Below are positions 1 to 7,260 of a stretch of 27,225 bases of DNA, piece by piece. A program made the translations under genes and the position numbers. Source of the stretch: a virus (Duplodnaviria; Caudoviricetes); the IMG/VR virus record IMGVR_UViG_3300027975_000014, positions 1 to 27,225 of that record; one strand, given 5' to 3'. The notes beneath the pieces were generated by a model. The model worked only from the letters and a program-made list of their open reading frames with translations, was not told the DNA's origin and did no database searches. The first letter of the stretch is position 1, and each line of letters begins with the position of its first letter.

Positions 1-1
1 C

Positions 2-358
2 CCCATCCCTGCGGACACGCCGAGCAGCGGCACCATCCGTATCGAGCGCGCGGACGGAGCATACACGCTGCATCCGTACAGCTCGTGGACCGGCAGCACG
101 TTCACGATCACCTCGCACAACTTCAGCACGAACAATGCTGCCAACGCTGCGGACGTGTTCATCAGCTACATCGACAAGCTCGCAGCGAGCACGACCGAGT
201 CTTTCACGGTTGTGTATGCAGGCTCGCCTCGAGCGCTGTTCATTCGTGTGCGCGACGGTGGCACGGTTGGCGCCAGCCCCATCAAGACCTTCGAAACGAC
301 GGGTTCGCTCGGTGCAGCAGGCGGCAGCACGACAGCGATCCGCACGCCCGACTTGTAA
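2..358 (+). CDS. C-terminal part of a putative virion structural protein (5' truncated by the window)
   Basis: Frame of ORF 155..358 is open from base 2 (PIPADTPSSGTIRIERADG...AIRTPDL*). Thr/Ser/Gly-rich, beta-strand-like composition; abuts the next gene. Confidence 0.7.
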   Translation, partial: PIPADTPSSGTIRIERADGAYTLHPYSSWTGSTFTITSHNFSTNNAANAADVFISYIDKLAASTTESFTVVYAGSPRALFIRVRDGGTVGASPIKTFETTGSLGAAGGSTTAIRTPDL

Positions 359-361
359 TAA

Positions 362-1939
362 ATGGCAGCGGCAGCCTACACCACAGACCTGACCGATATT
401 GATACGGCTGAAACGAACGGCACGTACACCAATATCGGGACAGGTGCGGACGCGCAGGAGACGGACTACTTCATCCAAGGAAGTGCGTGCGTCTCCAAGC
501 CGTTCAACATTACTGCGGGTGGCATCTACCACAACGAAGGCGCGGCAATCACGTTTGCCACGGACGAGTGCTACTGGCTGTGGACATACTTCGGCGCACC
601 GAACGCGCTGCTGTCTGAGACCGCAGGCGGGATGCAGGCGTTCGTGGGCTCGAGCGGTACAGCTTACCGTCTGTGGGACTTGTACGGCTCCGATAACTAC
701 ACGTATGGCGGTTGGCGTTGCTACCCCGTTGACGTTGTCAACGTTGCAGCAGACGACACGGTAGGCGCTCCGACAGGAACGCGCCAATACTTCGGGTGCT
801 ATGCGCGAACCTCCGTTGGCATCGGCAAGGGCAACCCGCTCGGCTTGGACGTTATGCGTAAGGGGCGCGGAGAGCACCGCTACGCGAACGGCGACCTCGC
901 CAACGGTTACGCCACGTTCGCAGGCTTCGAGGCTGTTAACAGCGCGCAGAGCGCTCGTTGGGGCTTGTGCCAATTCGAGGATGGCAGCTACCGCATACAG
1001 GGAATGATCGTGCTCGGGTACGTGAACCCCGTGGACTTCCGCGACTCGAACAAGAACCTCGTCTGGAACAACACGAAGAAGGTCACCTCGGGCTTCAACC
1101 GGATTGAAGTGCGGCAGGCCGGTTCGCGCGTGGACTGGACGAACATCAATATCACCGCGCTTGGCACGGTAGCGCGCGGGAACTTCGAGTGCATTGCCAA
1201 TGCGGACGTGAACCTCGATACGTGCGTGTTCACCGACATGGGTACGTTTATATTCCAGTCCGCTTCAACGATTGATACATGCACCTTCCGCCGCTGCGAT
1301 CAGGTGACAGCAGGCGGCGCAGCGTTCACGGACTGCACGTTCTCGCGCACGACAGCAGCTTCAGCTGTGTCCGCGACAACGCTCAACATCTTCGACAACT
1401 GCCAGTTCACTTCGGACGGCAGCAGTCACGCTGTGAACCTCGGCACCATTGCTGCGACCACGGCAATGAACTGGAACAACTTTGCGTCTGGGTACGCAGC
1501 GACCAACGGCAGCACCGGCAACGAAACGATCCTCGTCAACGTGGCATCGGGGCAGACGCTTACAATCAACGTTGGCGCAGGGTACACGACGCCCACGTAT
1601 TACAACACGGGTGCAGGAACCGTGACGGTTGTGTCCGGGCAAGTTACGACGGAAATCACCGTCATCGACGTCGTGACAGGTTTGCCGCTACAGAATGCGC
1701 GCGTGTACCTCACTGCGACGGGTGGCGGACCGCTGTCGGATGGTACGGTTATCTTCAACACGCTGACCGACGTGAACGGGCAGGTGAGCGACATCCGCTC
1801 GCTTGCTGCGAACCAACAGGTGACCGGATGGGTGCGCAAGTCTACGAGCGCACCGTTCTATAAGAACTCACCCATCACCGGCACAATCAGCAACGCGACC
1901 GGGCTGTCGCTCACCGTGCAGATGATCCCTGATGAATGA
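362..1939 (+). CDS. Putative virion structural/adsorption protein (525 aa) with beta-helix-like repeats and a C-terminal Ig-like domain
   Basis: Repeats DTCVF/DTCTF/TDCTF/DNCQF resemble beta-helix Cys/Phe stacks. C-terminal 'ITVIDVVTGLPLQNARVYL...TDVNG' resembles a carboxypeptidase-regulatory-like beta-sandwich. T/G/N/A-rich. Confidence 0.6.
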   Translation: MAAAAYTTDLTDIDTAETNGTYTNIGTGADAQETDYFIQGSACVSKPFNITAGGIYHNEGAAITFATDECYWLWTYFGAPNALLSETAGGMQAFVGSSGTAYRLWDLYGSDNYTYGGWRCYPVDVVNVAADDTVGAPTGTRQYFGCYARTSVGIGKGNPLGLDVMRKGRGEHRYANGDLANGYATFAGFEAVNSAQSARWGLCQFEDGSYRIQGMIVLGYVNPVDFRDSNKNLVWNNTKKVTSGFNRIEVRQAGSRVDWTNINITALGTVARGNFECIANADVNLDTCVFTDMGTFIFQSASTIDTCTFRRCDQVTAGGAAFTDCTFSRTTAASAVSATTLNIFDNCQFTSDGSSHAVNLGTIAATTAMNWNNFASGYAATNGSTGNETILVNVASGQTLTINVGAGYTTPTYYNTGAGTVTVVSGQVTTEITVIDVVTGLPLQNARVYLTATGGGPLSDGTVIFNTLTDVNGQVSDIRSLAANQQVTGWVRKSTSAPFYKNSPITGTISNATGLSLTVQMIPDE

Positions 1940-2141
1940 TTCCGTACACCTCCGCAACGCGAAAGCACTGAACGAGCGCAATAAGCAAGACCGTGTGCGG
2001 CACGACGAATTGCTTCAGCGCGTCCAGCATCTCGAGAATCAGGTGACCATGCTGCGCTCGGAAAACGAGCAACTCAGACAGCAGGTTTACGGTATCCTAG
2101 CCGCACGCGGCACAGGGCCGACCTCTAGGAGTAGCGGGTGA
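1932..2141 (+). CDS. Small coiled-coil protein (69 aa)
   Basis: Heptad pattern 'LLQRVQHLENQVTMLRSENEQLRQQV'; overlaps both neighbours, consistent with translational coupling. Confidence 0.7.
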   Translation: MNDSVHLRNAKALNERNKQDRVRHDELLQRVQHLENQVTMLRSENEQLRQQVYGILAARGTGPTSRSSG

Positions 2142-2719
2142 TCACAATTAACTGGAGCACGCGCGAAATTTTTGTGCCAACAGCGGACCTCACGTTGGTG
2201 CAGTCTGTCCCGTCGTTCATTTACGAGCTTGACCTTAATACATTTCGGCTCGTTCTGAAAGACTTGGAAGACAACGTCGAGGGCATGCCCTACCCGACAA
2301 CGCATAACCACAACACTGAGGTCAGCGTCGCTGGTGTGACGCTGGCGCGCGTTATTGAAATGATCAACGGGTACACCGTCACCTTCGAAGACGGGCAGTA
2401 CGCTGTGAACCTTATCAACGCGAACTCCAACGTCGGTGACGTTGTGAACGTGAACCAAGTGTCTGTGCGCGTAGCCAACTCCGCTGGCTTGATTACTGTG
2501 GGTGGCGCGAGCCCGTGGACGGAAGTCATTGAGAACGGCGTTACCGCTGCCGGCATCCTACGTCTGCTCGCAGCGGTTGCAGCAGGCAAGACAAGCATCG
2601 TCAATCTTGGCAACGGGTTTGCGACGGTCACGTTCCGCAGCTTGGCAGACGACAAGGACCGCATCGTGGCAGACATGACGGGCAGCGAGCGCAGTGTGGT
2701 CACGCGAGACGTAACATGA
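2138..2719 (+). CDS. Hypothetical protein, probably virion-associated (193 aa)
   Basis: GTG start overlapping the upstream TGA (GTGA), GGAG upstream, beta-rich sequence, last of the structural-looking cluster. Confidence 0.7.
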   Translation: MITINWSTREIFVPTADLTLVQSVPSFIYELDLNTFRLVLKDLEDNVEGMPYPTTHNHNTEVSVAGVTLARVIEMINGYTVTFEDGQYAVNLINANSNVGDVVNVNQVSVRVANSAGLITVGGASPWTEVIENGVTAAGILRLLAAVAAGKTSIVNLGNGFATVTFRSLADDKDRIVADMTGSERSVVTRDVT

Positions 2720-2823
2720 AACGACCGGACCCGATTCGTCTGTTGAAAATTCTTGTCTTGGCAGGCGTCGTCGGGTACGTCGTTTGGAACTTCCCGCAGC
2801 TCGGATGGCTAGGCGGAGGCTGA
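2716..2823 (+). CDS. Small single-TM membrane protein (35 aa, MKRPDPIRLLKILVLAGVVGYVVWNFPQLGWLGGG)
   Basis: ATGA overlap with the upstream stop; basic N-terminus followed by a hydrophobic helix. Below the ORF-track cutoff. Confidence 0.55.
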   Translation: MKRPDPIRLLKILVLAGVVGYVVWNFPQLGWLGGG

Positions 2824-2990
2824 CGCCGCTCGAGGAGCATCTTGCATGGATCTTTCAGCATGGGGGATGGCGACGCGCCATTCACGCATCTAAAGAAGAT
2901 TCAAAAAAGGATTTCAGCGAAGCACCGATCAAAGCCTGGTGCGACGCACGCGAGAAAAAGCCCCGCCGCCGGAAGGTCGATGCACGCTGA
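2805..2990 (+). CDS. Small basic hypothetical protein (~61 aa)
   Basis: ATG at 2805 within ORF 2784..2990 overlaps the end of the previous micro-ORF and fills the gap; weak RBS. Confidence 0.4.
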   Translation: MARRRLTPLEEHLAWIFQHGGWRRAIHASKEDSKKDFSEAPIKAWCDAREKKPRRRKVDAR

Positions 2991-3048
2991 TTTGCCCCCT
3001 CGAGTCTTAGCGTGGAAATTTCCGGCGGTGGGCACCTTAGAGCCTGTG

Positions 3049-3075
3049 GTGACATGCTGCGGAGTGCGGTATAAC
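3049..3075 (+). promoter_or_regulatory. Candidate sigma70 promoter, possibly giving a leaderless transcript
   Basis: TATAAC at 3070-3075, with 5 nt between it and ATG 3081; GTGACA at 3049-3054 (15-nt spacer, suboptimal). Confidence 0.4.
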
Positions 3076-3080
3076 GTAGC

Positions 3081-3590
3081 ATGGCAACACCAATCACCCC
3101 CGAGTACCTTGCTCGCAGCGGCACCGAGCACGGCGAGCAGGCTGCCGTCTTCTGTTGGGCTGCACAGAACCGAACCGAGTTCCCAGAGCTTCGCTGGCTG
3201 CACGCTATCCCGAACGGTGGCGGACGCAGCATGGCGCAAGGTGCAGCACTCAAAGCTGAAGGCGTGAAGGGTGGCGTGGCAGACGTTTGCCTACCTGTGG
3301 TTAGACCGGGGCGCGGCAACACGCAGTTCGTCGGGCTTTATATCGAGATGAAAAAGCGGGACGGCGTCCCTTCAAACGTGTCGGCTGAACAGCTCGACTT
3401 CGGCGCGTTTGTGCTTGCTCAGAGCTATGCTTGGGTTCCGTGTTTCGGTTGGCAGCAAGCGACACGGCTGATTCAATCGTACCTGCGAGCCGAGCTGTAT
3501 GTCCACTCCGAGCACCAACAAACCGTTCTGAAAAAAGCATGGGAGCTATCGCGTGCCACGTATACCGAAATCTGCCCAACGTCACATTGA
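3081..3590 (+). CDS. VRR-NUC domain (PD-(D/E)XK) nuclease / Holliday junction resolvase-like
   Basis: Motifs 'EHGEQ', 'LHAIPNGG', 'GVKGGVADVCL', 'LYIEMK', 'SAEQ' are typical of phage VRR-NUC proteins. Confidence 0.88.
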   Translation: MATPITPEYLARSGTEHGEQAAVFCWAAQNRTEFPELRWLHAIPNGGGRSMAQGAALKAEGVKGGVADVCLPVVRPGRGNTQFVGLYIEMKKRDGVPSNVSAEQLDFGAFVLAQSYAWVPCFGWQQATRLIQSYLRAELYVHSEHQQTVLKKAWELSRATYTEICPTSH

Positions 3591-3915
3591 CGCTCTGAAC
3601 CGTATCCGTCGCGAGGGTATGGCCAAGCTGAACAAAGCAATCGAGATGAAGGTTGCTGCATACGACGGTCCGGTCCCTCGCCGCATGGCAGTGGACGAGA
3701 CACCGAGCGGCATGCACGCTGCTCACGACGTGTACCTCAACGGCGTGAAGCAACGCTTGTGCATCGTTGCAGACATGGACAAGGGTTACGTCAAGCGCTA
3801 CGTGTCCGGGGTCGGTAACATCCCGCTCCGTAACCGCAAGGGCAACACAGACACCGAGCTCCTGTTCGGTGACGTGCAGATTGTGCGGAAGGGAACGAAG
3901 CTTGGATCGCAGTAA
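3553..3915 (+). CDS. Hypothetical protein (120 aa, basic)
   Basis: GTG start with GGAG upstream; codon usage like neighbours; overlaps the VRR-NUC end. Confidence 0.7.
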   Translation: MPRIPKSAQRHIDALNRIRREGMAKLNKAIEMKVAAYDGPVPRRMAVDETPSGMHAAHDVYLNGVKQRLCIVADMDKGYVKRYVSGVGNIPLRNRKGNTDTELLFGDVQIVRKGTKLGSQ

Positions 3916-4126
3916 CATCGAGCAGAAGCTGCGCGACGCACTGGTGAAGCAAGTAGCGGTCCAGCACCAGATGGACGGGCTGCGCAAACTGCATGACGCA
4001 GCGATGGTCATGGACAACCGTTCGCTCGTTGCAGTGTACCGTCAGCAGATGCACGACCTGCTCGACTTGCAGCTTGACACGCAGTCTGAAATCTGCTCGC
4101 TCACCCGTAACATAGTCAACTTCTAA
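3902..4126 (+). CDS. Hypothetical helical protein (~74 aa)
   Basis: Probable TTG start at 3902 (AAGGGA upstream) within ORF 3767..4126; amphipathic helices; TAATG coupling to the next gene. Confidence 0.6.
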   Translation: MDRSNIEQKLRDALVKQVAVQHQMDGLRKLHDAAMVMDNRSLVAVYRQQMHDLLDLQLDTQSEICSLTRNIVNF

Positions 4127-4434
4127 TGAAGAGCTGTTACACGCTGCGCATGCCCGACGGGCATAGCATCGCAATCCTGGACCTGTCAAAAGTCCGGGGG
4201 CGCGTGTACGAGATAAACCGGATTAACGTACCAGAGCGCCACAGGGGTCGCAGGTACGGTGCAGCCCTGCTGCGCGAGGTGTGTACCGAGGCTGACCGCT
4301 GCGGCGTGCTGCTGCGCTTGGTGGCGATGGCAAGCGGTGGTATGAGCGCAGCGGAGCTCGAAGCGTGGTACACCCGTCACGGTTTTGTGCAGCGCAGCAA
4401 CGGGTATTCCTATCGGGAACCTCTAGGGGCTTGA
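4126..4434 (+). CDS. GNAT-family N-acetyltransferase (102 aa)
   Basis: Acetyl-CoA motif A 'INVPERHRGRRYGAALL' and motif B 'LEAWYTRHGF'. Confidence 0.85.
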   Translation: MKSCYTLRMPDGHSIAILDLSKVRGRVYEINRINVPERHRGRRYGAALLREVCTEADRCGVLLRLVAMASGGMSAAELEAWYTRHGFVQRSNGYSYREPLGA

Positions 4435-4459
4435 CCCATGCTTGCGCCCTTGCTATGCT
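4431..4459 (+). promoter_or_regulatory. sigma70-type promoter
   Basis: TTGACC-17nt-TATGCT with extended -10 TG; strong RBS TAAGGAG downstream; overlapped by the inverted repeat TGACCCATGC/GCTTGGGTCA. Confidence 0.75.
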
Positions 4460-4485
4460 TGGGTCACTTAGATAAGGAGATTGAC

Positions 4486-4566
4486 ATGGAACTCGTGATT
4501 CTTGCCCTTTGCGCCATCCCCGCTCGCTTCATCGGGCACTTGATTGCTCGCATGCTTGGTCTCTGA
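4486..4566 (+). CDS. 26-aa hydrophobic peptide (MELVILALCAIPARFIGHLIARMLGL)
   Basis: First ORF after the promoter, with RBS TAAGGAG; not in the ORF track. Confidence 0.65.
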   Translation: MELVILALCAIPARFIGHLIARMLGL

Positions 4567-4568
4567 CC

Positions 4569-4745
4569 GTGCGCAAGGTTCTAATCGCTTTCGTGCTGTT
4601 GTGCGTTGCTGTCGTGCTCACAGGGCTGAGCTACCGCGACACGCTAGGCCTCAAGCGCTCCGAGTGGCGCTGCATTGCCCGGGACGTTGGGTCCGGCCAG
4701 TGCGACGTGTACGAGCGCTTGGCGCGCGACCGGGGAACGGACTGA
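4569..4745 (+). CDS. Small membrane-anchored/exported protein (58 aa)
   Basis: GTG start just after the previous stop; 'RKVLIAFVLLCVAVVLTGLSY' TM/signal segment; Cys pair in the C-terminal part; TGATG coupling. Confidence 0.6.
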   Translation: MRKVLIAFVLLCVAVVLTGLSYRDTLGLKRSEWRCIARDVGSGQCDVYERLARDRGTD

Positions 4746-5176
4746 TGGCTAAGCTCGTCTGGCGTGTGCAACCGGCGCCGACCGGGAAGTACCGCTCGTT
4801 CCAGAAACGCGGTTGGCCGACTGCATGCTACAAGGGGACGGAAACCCCTGCTGCGTTCCTGTGGTGTGAGGACGATTACCATCCGGCACGGGTACGGGAA
4901 GGGCAGCACAGGGAAATCACGATTACTGTGCTGCACCACAACCATCCGGAGAACCCCCGGTCGTGGAAGCAATTCGCACTCAAAGCGAAGTCGGAGACCC
5001 TTGAGGGTGCAAAAATGCTGGCACAGCAGTTCTTGGATGTCCATCCCACATTCCATCCTAGAAAGCCAGTCCCGCTGTGTGATATTTGCAACAAACACCC
5101 GGCAGTCACGCTCACGCAGGTCCATGGGATCGATACACAGGTTTGCGCTTCGTGTCAAGGAGGGGATGCACCATGA
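4745..5176 (+). CDS. Hypothetical protein (143 aa) with a C-terminal CxxC...CxxC zinc ribbon
   Basis: ATG at 4745 (TGATG overlap) within ORF 4544..5176; CDIC...CASC. Confidence 0.7.
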   Translation: MAKLVWRVQPAPTGKYRSFQKRGWPTACYKGTETPAAFLWCEDDYHPARVREGQHREITITVLHHNHPENPRSWKQFALKAKSETLEGAKMLAQQFLDVHPTFHPRKPVPLCDICNKHPAVTLTQVHGIDTQVCASCQGGDAP

Positions 5177-5283
5177 TCAAGAAATGGGTTGGCCGGCTGC
5201 TGTGCAGCATAGGTTGGCACGACTGGAGGGAGTATTATGGAGCGGAAGGGTGCTCCCGCTGTCCAGCGTTCCGGAGACCCTAA
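5173..5283 (+). CDS. Small zinc-binding phage protein, DUF1660-like (36 aa)
   Basis: ATGA overlap, GGAGG upstream; pattern 'LLCSIGWHDW...CSRC' matches the C-x-x-G-x-H-x-W...C-x-R-C motif. Confidence 0.6.
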   Translation: MIKKWVGRLLCSIGWHDWREYYGAEGCSRCPAFRRP

Positions 5284-5302
5284 AAATAGTTTGAAAGGGG
5301 GC

Positions 5303-5331
5303 TTGCCATGTAGTTCCGGTGGAGGTACAGT
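5303..5331 (+). promoter_or_regulatory. sigma70-type promoter of the helicase gene
   Basis: TTGCCA-17nt-TACAGT preceded by an A/T-rich UP-like tract (TAAAAATAGTTTGAAA). Confidence 0.7.
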
Positions 5332-5367
5332 ACACCCATCGAACAACACGTGACTTGGAGAACTCAG

Positions 5368-6861
5368 ATGGCACAGCTTAACTTCGACGCGACGACCCGC
5401 CCGGTACACATCGAGCCGACCCGCACATGGTCAGTGCATCAGGAGCGAGTGTTCAATTTCGTTGAGCACGGCGTCGGGAACGCCATCGTCGTCGCGGTCG
5501 CCGGCAGCGGCAAGACCACCACGATCGTTGAAGCGCTGAACCGCGTCCAGGGCTCAAGCATCTTCCTCGCGTTCAACAAGTCCATCGCCGACGAGCTGAA
5601 GGCCCGTGGTGTCAACGCTCGCACGTTCCACTCGCTCACGTACGGCCCGGTCATGAAGGCTCGTGGTCAGCACACCGTCGAGTCGAACAAGCTGCGCAAG
5701 CTGTGCGACCAGTACATGACCGGCGAAGACAAGGAACTGTACGGCGCGTTCGCCACCCGTCTGGTCGGCCTTGCCCGTCAGCAGGGTGTTGGCTTCCTCG
5801 TCGCCGACGTCGAGCAGACGTGGATCGACCTGTGCGACCACCACAACATCGAGCTCGACAGCGAGTTCGCGGACATCGGTCGCGGCATCGAGCTCGCCAG
5901 CAAGCTGCTCGATGCTTCGAACGCTTCCAACATGGTTGACTTCGATGACATGCTGTACTTTGCCGTCCGTGACGGCCTGGTGCTTCCGAAGTACGACTTC
6001 ATCTTCGTGGACGAAGCGCAGGACACCAATGCAATTCAGCGCGCTATCCTGCGCAAGCTGATGAACGCTGGCACCCGCATCATCGCGGTCGGCGACCCGG
6101 CGCAGGCCATCTACGGCTTCCGCGGTGCGGACAGCGACTCGCTCGACCTGATTGCAACCGAGTTCAACTGCACGCGCCTGCCCCTGTCGATCAGCTACCG
6201 CTGTCCGCAGGCTGTGGTCAACTTCGCGCGCCAGTGGGTCTCGCACATCGAACCCGCTGCGACCGCCCCGGAGGGTTCGGTTGAAATGCTCGGAACCAAG
6301 TGGGACTCGAGTGTGTTCCAGGCGAACGACCTCGTTGTCTGCCGCACGACCGCCCCGGTCATCACGCTGGCGTACAGCCTGCTGAAGGCTCGCGTGCCGG
6401 TGCGCGTGATGGGTCGCGAAATTGGTCAGGGCCTCAAGAACCTGATCAACAAGCAGAACGCCCACACGATCGACGCACTGGTCGAAAAGCTGGAAGTGTA
6501 CCGCACGCGCGAAGTCGAAAAAGCGACCGCCAAAATGGAAGACGCGAAGGCCGAAGCAATCAACGACAAGGTTGACGCGGTGCTGTGCCTCATCGACGGC
6601 TTGGACGAGGGCGACCGCAGCATCAACTCCCTGATGTCGGTTATCGACACCCTGTTTGCCGACGGTGTGAACAAGACGGTGCTCGCGACCATCCACAAGG
6701 CGAAGGGCTTGGAAGCCGACCGCGTGTTCTGGCTCAACAGCAGCGCTTGCCCCGCCAAGTGGGCACGTCAGGATTGGCAGAAGCAGCAGGAACTGAACCT
6801 GTGCTACGTCGCCACCACCCGCGCCAAGTCGGCGCTCATTCTGATCGAGGCAGGTAAGTGA
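5368..6861 (+). CDS. UvrD/Rep-family (SF1) DNA helicase
   Basis: Walker A 'AVAGSGKTTT', 'LAFNK', 'RTFHSL', 'VDFDDML', 'VDEAQD', 'VGDPAQAIYGFRGA', 'SYRCP', 'TIHKAKGLEADRV', 'LCYVATTRAK'. ATG 5368 with GGAG RBS. Confidence 0.95.
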   Translation: MAQLNFDATTRPVHIEPTRTWSVHQERVFNFVEHGVGNAIVVAVAGSGKTTTIVEALNRVQGSSIFLAFNKSIADELKARGVNARTFHSLTYGPVMKARGQHTVESNKLRKLCDQYMTGEDKELYGAFATRLVGLARQQGVGFLVADVEQTWIDLCDHHNIELDSEFADIGRGIELASKLLDASNASNMVDFDDMLYFAVRDGLVLPKYDFIFVDEAQDTNAIQRAILRKLMNAGTRIIAVGDPAQAIYGFRGADSDSLDLIATEFNCTRLPLSISYRCPQAVVNFARQWVSHIEPAATAPEGSVEMLGTKWDSSVFQANDLVVCRTTAPVITLAYSLLKARVPVRVMGREIGQGLKNLINKQNAHTIDALVEKLEVYRTREVEKATAKMEDAKAEAINDKVDAVLCLIDGLDEGDRSINSLMSVIDTLFADGVNKTVLATIHKAKGLEADRVFWLNSSACPAKWARQDWQKQQELNLCYVATTRAKSALILIEAGK

Positions 6862-7031
6862 TGGACGAGTACGAAATCAAGGGCAAGCGCACGGAGGGAA
6901 CCTTGTTGAAGGTTCCCGTCCCTCGCCTTACCAAGAAGTCGGCGTTCCTGCGCAAGCTGGAACGCATGCAGAACCCTCCCGTGCCGAAGGGTAACGTTAC
7001 CCCGCTGAAGCGCACCAAGCGCTCGCTATAG
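6861..7031 (+). CDS. Small basic hypothetical protein (56 aa, MDEYEIKGKRTEG...KRTKRSL)
   Basis: TGATG coupling to the helicase stop, AGGT upstream; K/R/P-rich; not in the ORF track. Confidence 0.55.
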   Translation: MDEYEIKGKRTEGTLLKVPVPRLTKKSAFLRKLERMQNPPVPKGNVTPLKRTKRSL

Positions 7032-7145
7032 CGCGATCGGTTGCGAGGTGCTACCCTTGCCCCGAGTCGTGCTTGCGGCGTGCTTACGCAGCGGCCAACG
7101 GCCAGCTAGCGTTCTAAACTGTGCGCTAGAACACGGAGTCGGGTC

Positions 7146-7174
7146 TTGCATCTGCTCAAGGCCCATCCTACACT
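7146..7174 (+). promoter_or_regulatory. sigma70-type promoter
   Basis: TTGCAT-17nt-TACACT; shares AAGGCCCAT.CTACA.T with the capsid promoter. Confidence 0.7.
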
Positions 7175-7180
7175 GCCTCA

Positions 7181-7250
7181 TGTGCAGGGGTCGCCAGCGT
7201 TAGGCGATAACGGGTTAGATCGAAGCAACCCTTCCCCTGCTACCTTTTTC
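7181..7250 (+). ncRNA. Candidate structured small RNA or 5' leader (three-way junction, tRNA-like geometry)
   Basis: P1 GCAGGGG 7184-7190 / CCCCTGC 7234-7240; P2 TCGCC/GGCGA with 7-nt loop; P3 GGGTT/AACCC with loop AGATCGAAGC. Begins at the predicted TSS and ends at TTTTT 7245-7249. Confidence 0.5.
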
Positions 7251-7260
7251 ACAGGAGAAC

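Noticed and set aside
2842-3267. 141-aa ORF overlapping VRR-NUC
   Set aside because: Out-of-frame overlap with a well-supported gene; low-information sequence; no RBS.
5554-6696. 380-aa minus-strand ORF opposite the helicase (also 15141-16397, 19062-20237, 14234-15016, 22002-22895)
   Set aside because: Antisense shadows of strongly codon-biased GC-rich genes; no RBS or recognisable motifs.
7048-7203. ~50-codon GTG-started ORF across the intergenic region
   Set aside because: Atypical composition; overlaps a promoter and the structured RNA candidate.
7181-7250. Canonical tRNA gene (central loop triplet CGT) or hammerhead ribozyme
   Set aside because: No D arm, U33, GTTC or CCA, and no CUGANGA/GAAA core; kept only as a tRNA-like candidate.
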